IMG/VR virus record: IMGVR_UViG_3300014949_000001
Strand: one strand, 5' to 3'
Origin: a virus
DNA: 43,035 nucleotides
Position numbers and translations under genes: made by a program. Positions within the stretch are counted from its first letter, which is position 1, and the number at the start of each line of letters is the position of its first letter. The notes under the pieces are model-generated. The model was not told the DNA's origin. It was given only the letters and a program-made list of their open reading frames with translations, and ran no database searches. This document shows, one piece after another, positions 25,802-32,429 of the stretch.

Positions 25802-27460
25802 TTAAAAGCAGAAGCCGAAGGCCACGCCATACGCACCGCTCGCGGAGCTGCAGATGGCGCCGCCGTCGCTGTTGACAACGCAGAAAAACGTGGAGTCGCT
25901 GCCATACGGAGAGCGCTCCCACCAGGCGTACGCGCTGCCGTTGAACTTCTTCACCTTGCTGTTGCCCGCCTTGTAGTAGTCATACTGCGTGCCCTCGCCG
26001 CTCTTGGAATAGCTGACGCTGCCGAAAATCTCGATCTCGCTCAGCAGAAACAGCTTGTCCGCCGTGGTGTTGATGGTGGCGCTCTGACTGCCCGCCGAGG
26101 TCAGCTTGTTCACCTCCCGGATGCCGTTCTGTACCTCCGTCGGCATCAGCGCCAGAATGGCAGGCAGGTGTGTGCTTCGCATGGCGCAGCTCGTCCAGCC
26201 GCCGCTGTTGGTGTTGGAGCTGTTCATGTTCTTGGCCTCGCCGTAGCAGTCGTGCAGCTGGAAGGTCAGCGGTGCCTTCCCGCCGGATGCGTATGTGTCG
26301 TGGTTCTTGCCGATGATGTCTACCTGATAGCTCGCGCCATTGATGGTCATCGTCTTGCTGTTGCCCACCACCCATGTGCTCGGCACGCTGCCCGAATGGC
26401 ACGCCGCGATGATGGCAGCCCAGTCGTTGTCCGCGAAGTTGTCCTTCAGGAAGCTCACCGTCACCGCGCAGGTCTTGTTCGCCGGTGCGGTGTAGTTCGT
26501 TCCCGCCGCCACGCTGATGGTGATCGTCGCGCTGCCGTTGGCCTTGCCCGTCACCGTCACCGTGTTGCCCGATACGCTCACCGTTGCCGCCGCTGTGTTG
26601 TTGCTCGTGGCGCTGATCTTGCCGTCACCGCTGCGCGTCACCGTGATGGTCTTGCTCTTCGTCGTGGTGTCCAGCGTCATGCTGGCGGGGGAGATGGAGA
26701 GGCTGCCCGCCGCCTTCCCGATACTCCAGCTCACGCTCTTCGCCGTCGTCGTGCCGTCCGCCCAGCGGTAGTTGCTCTTCGGCGTGAAGGTTGCCGTGTA
26801 GCTTCCCGCGTTCGTGCCCGTGGTCGTGCCGCCGATGGTCAGCTGTGCCGTGTTGTAGTTGTTCCATGTGGGGGACTGGCTGCCGCCGTTGTAGGTCAGG
26901 CTCCCGCTCTGGCTCGGCACCGTGGAGATCGTCTTCCGGTTCACCGTCACGCCGGTGGTGGCCGTCTTGGTCACGTTCCGCTCCGTGTAGCTCACCGTGA
27001 TCGTCTGCGTGCCCACGGTATTAAGCGTCGCGGGGCTGCAGCTGTAGCCCGTCACATTGGCGGTGGCTCCGTCGGAGTAGGTGGCCTTCACCACCATGCC
27101 CGCGCTCTGGAAGCTGTCGCCATACTCATAGACCTTCTTCGTCGGCTGCGCCGTGATCTCGATCTTCGTCAGCCGGTGGATGACCGTGATGGTCTGCTCC
27201 GCCGTCTTCGTCACGCCGCCCTCTGTGTAGCGGATGGTCACCTTCGTTGTGCCGTCCGCCAGCGGTGTATTCGGCTCGTAGCTATAGCCCGTGCATTTCA
27301 GCGTCGCGCCGTTGCTGTAGGTCGCAGTCACCACCATGCCCGCCGGGTCAAAGGTCTCGCCCTGCGTGTAGGTGGTCTTTGTAGGCGGTGTTGTGATGGC
27401 GATTCCGGTCAGCTTGATGCCGCCGCCTCCGCCGCCCACCATGTTGAATACCAAACTCAT
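25802..27460 (-). CDS. DGR target protein 1: tandem Ig-like (Big_3/Big_2-like) stalk plus C-terminal lectin-fold-like variable domain
   Basis: 552 aa. Repeats ...TTPPTKTTYTQGETFDPAGMVVTATYSNG... and a Big_2-like segment. The C-terminus WWERSPYGSDSTFFCVVNSDGGAICSSASGAYGVAFGFCF is VR1. ATGA overlap with the tail-fibre gene. Confidence 0.9.
   Translation of the reverse strand: MSLVFNMVGGGGGGIKLTGIAITTPPTKTTYTQGETFDPAGMVVTATYSNGATLKCTGYSYEPNTPLADGTTKVTIRYTEGGVTKTAEQTITVIHRLTKIEITAQPTKKVYEYGDSFQSAGMVVKATYSDGATANVTGYSCSPATLNTVGTQTITVSYTERNVTKTATTGVTVNRKTISTVPSQSGSLTYNGGSQSPTWNNYNTAQLTIGGTTTGTNAGSYTATFTPKSNYRWADGTTTAKSVSWSIGKAAGSLSISPASMTLDTTTKSKTITVTRSGDGKISATSNNTAAATVSVSGNTVTVTGKANGSATITISVAAGTNYTAPANKTCAVTVSFLKDNFADNDWAAIIAACHSGSVPSTWVVGNSKTMTINGASYQVDIIGKNHDTYASGGKAPLTFQLHDCYGEAKNMNSSNTNSGGWTSCAMRSTHLPAILALMPTEVQNGIREVNKLTSAGSQSATINTTADKLFLLSEIEIFGSVSYSKSGEGTQYDYYKAGNSKVKKFNGSAYAWWERSPYGSDSTFFCVVNSDGGAICSSASGAYGVAFGFCF
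25808..25940 (-). repeat. DGR variable repeat 1 (VR1)
   Basis: 133 bp with 21 hand-counted mismatches to the TR. All are at TR coding-strand adenines. It ends one codon before the stop. Confidence 0.93.
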
Positions 27461-29259
27461 GCCGTTGCCTCCGTTCTCAGAATGTTCACGGTCAGATTGG
27501 CCGTGGGTGCTTCATTGCAGTGGAAGGTCATCTTTCCCGCCGTGGTCACATCGTCGGCGTAGATCACCGCCTCTGCGTAGCCTGCAAAGCTGTCTCCCGC
27601 AGGGCATACCGTGTAGGCGTACCCGCTCGTGACGAACTTGCTGTTGCTCACAGTCTGCGCGTTGCCGCTCCATCCCGCCGCCGTCAGTGTCACCGTGAAG
27701 GAAAGTGCCTTCCCGCTCTTGCCGTTCCAGCCCGTCCGCTCTGCCGCCGTGATGTGCGCGGTGGTGTTGCCCTCGTGATCGTCGAGGTTGCCCTGCACGG
27801 CTGCCGCAGCGCCCGCTGTCTCTTTCCCTGCAAGTGCGGTACGGATGTCGCTGTGCGCCGTACTGGAGCTGTTATGCGCCGATACCGCGCTTGCCGCCGT
27901 CCCCGTCGGGTCTGCGCCCGCCTGTGCCGCCGTCACCCGATGCGGGTTGTCCGTGTTTCCGGTGTGTGCGCCGAGGCTCGTTGCGTTGGCTTTCTTGTCC
28001 AGCTCCGTCTTCACGCCGCCGCTGGTCACGGGGTTCGTGCTGTTCGCCGTCGGGGCTGTGTCGAAGGTCAGCTTGTCCTGCTTGCCGTTCCACTTGGTGC
28101 GCTCCGCCGCTGTGATGTGCGCCGTGGTGTCGCCCTCGTGGCCGTCCAGATTGCTCTGCACCGCCGCCGCAGCGCCGGAGGCATCCGCCCCCACCATCTC
28201 CGCCGTGTAGTCGCCCTTCTGCGGCTTCACGATGCCGCCGCGCCCGTTGAAGCTGGTCACGCCACCGCCCGCAATGGCCTGTGCGCTCTCGCACCAGTAT
28301 TTGGCGTTGTTGCTGTCCTCGCCCTCGCGGGTGCCGGTGCCGCCCACCGCCCAGCTTTCGGCGGTCTTGCTGGTGGCTGCCACCTGTGTGGCGTTCTGCG
28401 CCGCCGCTGCGGCGCTTTCCTCCGCGTCTGCGGCAGCGCCCTCCGCCTTCACTTGTGCGCTCTGTGCCTTGCTCTGTGCGCTCACCGCGCCCGTCTTGGC
28501 GGTTTCCGCTGCGGTCTTGGCGCTCGTCGCCGTGCTTGCTGCCGTCTCCGCCGCCGTCTGTGCATCCTCTGCCGCGCTCTGCGCGTTTTCCGCCTTGCTG
28601 GCAGAGGTTGCCGCCGCCGTCTTGCTGCTCGCCGCTGCAGTCTCGCTGGCCTTGGCGTTCGTCTCAGCAGTCTGTGCTGCGGTCTTGGCGCTCGTTGCCG
28701 TGCTGGCCGCTGTCTCTGCCGCCGCCTTGGCGCTTCGCGCGTCTGTCGCGCTCTGTGCTGCCGCTGTGGCGTTGGTGCCGCTGGTGGAGGCGTAGCCCTT
28801 GGCGCTGCTCTCCGCCGTCTGTGCTTCTCCCGCCGCGTCCGTGGCTGTCTTGGCGCTTGCTGCCGCCGCTGCGGCTTTCTCCGTTGCGGTGTCTGCGCCG
28901 CTCTTGGCTGCGGCTGCGTCTGCGCCGGTGGTCTGTGCTGCGGTCTCCGCCGCACTCTGCGCCGCCTCCGCCGCCGTCTTGGCGTTCTGTGCCGCCGCCA
29001 GCGTCTGGCTCACCACATCGCCCTGCAGCTCGCTCAGGCTCAGCAGCTCCTGCCACTGTGTGTCGCTTTCGTACTTCCACTGCAGCTGCTGCGCGGTTTC
29101 GTCATAGCGGATGACGATAGGCTCGCCGCCGTCACCCTTCAGGCTCTTCAGCCATTCCTCCTCCGTCCCCTGAAAGCCGTGCTTCACGGCGATGCCGTAG
29201 GCGGTGATGTAATACCCGCGCCACTCGGTTCCGATCTTCGTGTTTCCGTACCCGCTCAT
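27457..29259 (-). CDS. Tail fibre protein (Ala-rich coiled-coil shaft, duplicated HEGxTTAHITAAERTxWNGK motif)
   Basis: 600 aa from the ATG at 29259 (ATGA overlap, RBS GAGGAGG). The shaft is a long A/T/S/Q/E-rich repeat region. Confidence 0.75.
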   Translation of the reverse strand: MSGYGNTKIGTEWRGYYITAYGIAVKHGFQGTEEEWLKSLKGDGGEPIVIRYDETAQQLQWKYESDTQWQELLSLSELQGDVVSQTLAAAQNAKTAAEAAQSAAETAAQTTGADAAAAKSGADTATEKAAAAAASAKTATDAAGEAQTAESSAKGYASTSGTNATAAAQSATDARSAKAAAETAASTATSAKTAAQTAETNAKASETAAASSKTAAATSASKAENAQSAAEDAQTAAETAASTATSAKTAAETAKTGAVSAQSKAQSAQVKAEGAAADAEESAAAAAQNATQVAATSKTAESWAVGGTGTREGEDSNNAKYWCESAQAIAGGGVTSFNGRGGIVKPQKGDYTAEMVGADASGAAAAVQSNLDGHEGDTTAHITAAERTKWNGKQDKLTFDTAPTANSTNPVTSGGVKTELDKKANATSLGAHTGNTDNPHRVTAAQAGADPTGTAASAVSAHNSSSTAHSDIRTALAGKETAGAAAAVQGNLDDHEGNTTAHITAAERTGWNGKSGKALSFTVTLTAAGWSGNAQTVSNSKFVTSGYAYTVCPAGDSFAGYAEAVIYADDVTTAGKMTFHCNEAPTANLTVNILRTEATA

Positions 29260-29621
29260 ACATATACCTCCTCGTGGGTATCTGCCGGACGGTAGTTGAG
29301 GGCAAACCAGCGCATGAACTCGCCGAAGAAGCTGTTGAACATCTGCATCGTGTTCTGGTATTTGTTGTACTCGCCGTTGGCGAAGTCGATCATGGCCGTC
29401 AGGTATGCCCAGTAGATTTTGTCGTGCGGCGGCTGCGCCAGCAGTTCCTTGTCCTTGTCCGCGTCGTACTGGTAGGTGATGATCTCCTCGCTCGCCCACA
29501 GTAAGACCTCGGTCTGCACCAGCCCTTCACACTCGTTCAGCCACTTTGTCTTCGCCTCGTTTGAGAAGGCGTTAGGCTTGATCTCATCTACATAGTCGAT
29601 GACGCTCTTCAGTGTCGCCAT
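29256..29621 (-). CDS. Hypothetical head-tail connector/adaptor-position protein
   Basis: 121 aa, first gene after the capsid-gene terminator, RBS GGAAAGGGGG. The call is based on position only. Confidence 0.4.
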   Translation of the reverse strand: MATLKSVIDYVDEIKPNAFSNEAKTKWLNECEGLVQTEVLLWASEEIITYQYDADKDKELLAQPPHDKIYWAYLTAMIDFANGEYNKYQNTMQMFNSFFGEFMRWFALNYRPADTHEEVYV

Positions 29622-29644
29622 TATCCGTCCCCCTTTCCTCGAAA

Positions 29645-29679
29645 TGAAAAGCGGGGCAGCGGCCTGCGCCGCCGCCCCG
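29645..29679 (-). terminator. Rho-independent terminator/attenuator after the major capsid gene
   Basis: 12-bp stem (1 mismatch) CGGGGCAGCGGC / GCCGCCGCCCCG at 29652-29679 with a 4-nt loop. On the minus strand it is followed by CTTTTCATTTC. Confidence 0.75.
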
Positions 29680-29696
29680 TCCGGTCTGTGTTCTGA

Positions 29697-30716
29697 TTAG
29701 CCGCCAGTCGATGTGGCAATGAGCTGCGTGCCGCCGGTCACGCCGCCCACGGCATAGCCGCGCCAGTCGTTGAAACCGGCGATGAAGCGGGCGTAGCCCT
29801 TCCACACGTTGGCATCGTTGCCCGCCAGCTCGCTTCTGACCTCCAGCTGCACGCGGTCAAGCCACATGGCGCTGCCGTACTCGTCGTTGTACTTCTTGTC
29901 CAGCAGAATCCACGGGGAAGTGCCGGACGCGATGAACTGGTTCAGGTACGGCCACACCACCACGTTCCAGCGGCCAAAGTTGTAGTTGAAGCCGTTGTTG
30001 GCAGTGGCAGGGTCTTTGTCCGCGCCGATGGCTGCGAACACGTCGCGCTTGAGCTTGTAGTCGTTGGGGATGAGGATGGTGGTGGGAGCCACATCCAGTA
30101 CCTCGTCGTTGTCGCCACGGAAGTCCTGCATCTTCGCCTCCATCGCCATCAGCGCGTCGTTGCTGAAGGCATCAGAGAACTGGTTGGACTGGTTGGACTT
30201 GCCCAGCTTGCTGGGGTGGTTGGTGGCGAACAGGCACTTGCCATCGGCGGTCTTCGCGTCAAAGGTCTTGCCGGAGAAGGTGGTCTCCGTCTTCTTCTGG
30301 ATAGCCGCGCCGATGAGGGCAGCGCCGAACTTCTCGCGGGTGCGGTAGTAGCTGGTGATGAAGCCAGCGGGCTGCTTCTTCAAATCCATCAGCTTTGCAT
30401 CCTCCACGATCTCGCGGGACAGGGAGAAGCTGTTCTTCCACGTCATGTGTTCGAGGAACTTTGCGAAGCCCTCCTGCATACCGTCCACGGGGTAGTCGCC
30501 GTTCTCGCCCACCGGCTGGAAGCCGTCCATGGCCGTCATGGTGGAGAACTTTTCGCCCCAGTGGTTGCTGCTGCCCATATTGAACAGCTCCGGCAACATA
30601 CTGGTCTGTTCAAATGCCTCGCCCCTCTTTTCGAGGAACATCTTGATCGGCTCCTGAGACTTGCCGAAAATGCTGTCCTGAAGGCCGGAGCCTTCGGTAA
30701 AGGTGATATTAGCCAT
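29697..30716 (-). CDS. Major capsid protein (HK97-fold type by position and size)
   Basis: 339 aa. It follows the scaffold and decoration-like genes and is followed by a strong terminator. Confidence 0.8.
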   Translation of the reverse strand: MANITFTEGSGLQDSIFGKSQEPIKMFLEKRGEAFEQTSMLPELFNMGSSNHWGEKFSTMTAMDGFQPVGENGDYPVDGMQEGFAKFLEHMTWKNSFSLSREIVEDAKLMDLKKQPAGFITSYYRTREKFGAALIGAAIQKKTETTFSGKTFDAKTADGKCLFATNHPSKLGKSNQSNQFSDAFSNDALMAMEAKMQDFRGDNDEVLDVAPTTILIPNDYKLKRDVFAAIGADKDPATANNGFNYNFGRWNVVVWPYLNQFIASGTSPWILLDKKYNDEYGSAMWLDRVQLEVRSELAGNDANVWKGYARFIAGFNDWRGYAVGGVTGGTQLIATSTGG

Positions 30717-30742
30717 TGTTCACTGTACTCCTTTCGTCGTTC

Positions 30743-31135
30743 TTAGAAGCGCACGCGGCACATGCTGCCGCTGGCGGTGCCGTCCATGTACACCACCTCC
30801 GCCACGCCGTTGGTGGTCGTGGCCGTGACCTGCAGGCCGTCCGTGTACAGCGTCACCTTGTCGCCCAGCTTGATGCTGGTTGCGGCAGCTGCAAAGGTGG
30901 TCTCCAGAATCATGTCCTTGCCCACGCGGATAACGGGGATGATGTCGCCCGCCGTGCACTCGCCGTCCTTTTCGCACATGGAGATGTAAGTGGGCGCGGT
31001 TGCGCCGGTAGCCGGCGCCAGCTGGCCGGTGGTCTGCGTCAGTGCCATGCCCACCTTGGGTGTGATGGCGCTTGCGGGCAGGTATTCAATACCCGGCACG
31101 CGGTTGTCATCAGTGGAATAAATCTTGAAAGCCAT
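30743..31135 (-). CDS. Head decoration-like protein (DUF2190-like)
   Basis: 130 aa, G/A/T-rich beta protein lying between the scaffold and capsid genes. Confidence 0.45.
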   Translation of the reverse strand: MAFKIYSTDDNRVPGIEYLPASAITPKVGMALTQTTGQLAPATGATAPTYISMCEKDGECTAGDIIPVIRVGKDMILETTFAAAATSIKLGDKVTLYTDGLQVTATTTNGVAEVVYMDGTASGSMCRVRF

Positions 31136-31158
31136 TGTGCTTTTCTCCTTTCGCTTCG

Positions 31159-32097
31159 TCAGCCCTTTTTATGGCTGCGGTTGTAGTGTGCCTGTATCTC
31201 TGCATCCGTGGCACCCGGATTCAGCGCGCGGTACATCTCCTTCACTTCAGCCGGTACGCTCACCGCGCCCGCGCCTCGTTCCTTGGTCTGTCCCATGTGC
31301 TGCTTGCCCTGCAGGTTGTTGAGAGCTGCCTGTCTGGTGGCCGCCGCCGCGCTGCTGGTCAGAGCCTCGAAGTTTGCCAGCCGGTAGGCATCCACCAGCG
31401 TGTTGCCCTTCTTCACCAGCTCGTAGAACTTCGGATAGGTCTCCATGGCCGCAAGGTCTTTCAGCTCCCGGATGTTGGGGTTCAGCTTGCCGATCTCCTT
31501 TAGCTGTTCGTCCACCTTCACCCGTGCCTGTGCCTCGTTGGCCTCCTGCTGCGCCCGCTCCGCCGCCGCCTGCGCTTCCTTGGCCTGCTTCACTTCCGGC
31601 AGGTCGTTCACGAATGCGTTGAACTCCTCGTCGCTCATCCCGCTCTTCTTCAGCACGCGGGCTTTGCGCTCTGCATCGAAGCGCTGCCGGTACTCGTCGT
31701 ACTCCGCCTTCGATGTGATGGGCTGCTTCGTGTACGGGTTCACCAGTCCGCTGTTTCGGAACGCCTCGTCGATGGTGCGCCTCGCTTCTTCCTGTGCGTC
31801 TGTGCGCGCCTTCTCCACGGCGGCATCCCGCTCCGCCTCCGCCTTGCGGCGTGCCGCTGCAAACGCTGCGTTCTGCTCCGGGGTCTGCTTGCCCGTCTCA
31901 CTATGATCTTCGCCGTCCTCCGCAGCTCCCTGCGGTTCTTCGGCGCTTGTGTCCTGCGTCTCTTCTTCGGCAGGGTCGGCGGCTTCCTGCTCTTCTGCGC
32001 CTTGCGCCTGTGTGGTCTCGTCCGTGGCAGGGTCGGCGATCTCCTGCTCTTTTCCGCCTTCGTCAATGCCAAACAATGCGCCGTAGTCGATGTCCAT
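31159..32097 (-). CDS. Scaffolding protein
   Basis: 312 aa. Very acidic N-terminus, long A/E/K/R coiled-coil. Position is between the portal and capsid genes. Confidence 0.7.
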   Translation of the reverse strand: MDIDYGALFGIDEGGKEQEIADPATDETTQAQGAEEQEAADPAEEETQDTSAEEPQGAAEDGEDHSETGKQTPEQNAAFAAARRKAEAERDAAVEKARTDAQEEARRTIDEAFRNSGLVNPYTKQPITSKAEYDEYRQRFDAERKARVLKKSGMSDEEFNAFVNDLPEVKQAKEAQAAAERAQQEANEAQARVKVDEQLKEIGKLNPNIRELKDLAAMETYPKFYELVKKGNTLVDAYRLANFEALTSSAAAATRQAALNNLQGKQHMGQTKERGAGAVSVPAEVKEMYRALNPGATDAEIQAHYNRSHKKG

Positions 32098-32164
32098 GTG
32101 TTGTGCTCCTCTCTGGATTTTTGCGCTTTTCCTGCGAATGTGGGGCTTGCTTTGTCAGATGGTC

Positions 32165-32302
32165 TTACTTGTTCTTGCTGCCTCTCAGGTCGTTGCCGGT
32201 CTTCACGGTGCCGTTGCCCTTCTTGTTGTCGCCGCTGAAGGGTGCCTTCACCACCTGCGCGCCGGTGTTCTTGATGCTGCCAGCGTAGGTCTTATCTGCC
32301 AT
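32165..32302 (-). CDS. Unlisted 45-aa basic Gly/Lys/Asn-rich protein
   Basis: Hand-translated as MADKTYAGSIKNTGAQVVKAPFSGDNKKGNGTVKTGNDLRGSKNK*. Strong RBS GAAAGGAGGACGCAGAG-ATG. It falls below the 60-aa cutoff of the ORF track. Confidence 0.6.
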   Translation of the reverse strand: MADKTYAGSIKNTGAQVVKAPFSGDNKKGNGTVKTGNDLRGSKNK

Positions 32303-32429
32303 CTCTGCGTCCTCCTTTCTTTCCTTGATGCTCCTTTGTGTCACGGTCGGCGGCGCGGGTGCCCCAGTCCCGCGCCGCTTCCCGCTTCAGGAGGTCGGGC
32401 GATACCCGAATGATAGGGAAGTATCTATG

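Larger units (their letters stand above)
23801..27460 (-). other. Diversity-generating retroelement core cassette (target/VR1 - avd - TR - RT)
   Basis: See the component features below. It has the canonical gene order and adenine-specific TR/VR differences. Confidence 0.93.

Noticed and set aside
23795-27562. 1255-aa plus-strand ORF (and 27520-29295, 591 aa) across the RT, avd, target and fibre region
   Set aside because: They are antisense shadows of well-supported minus-strand genes, with Arg/Ala/Leu-rich nonsense composition.
28300-28990. Highly repetitive Ala-codon-rich DNA as a CRISPR array or non-coding satellite
   Set aside because: It lies in frame inside the tail-fibre CDS. The repeats are imperfect and have no repeat-spacer organisation.
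32303-32429. 10-bp-stem hairpin GCGGCGCGGG-N9-CCCGCGCCGC after the portal gene as a terminator
   Set aside because: No T-tract follows it on the transcribed (minus) strand, so it is not called. It may still be a structural or processing element.
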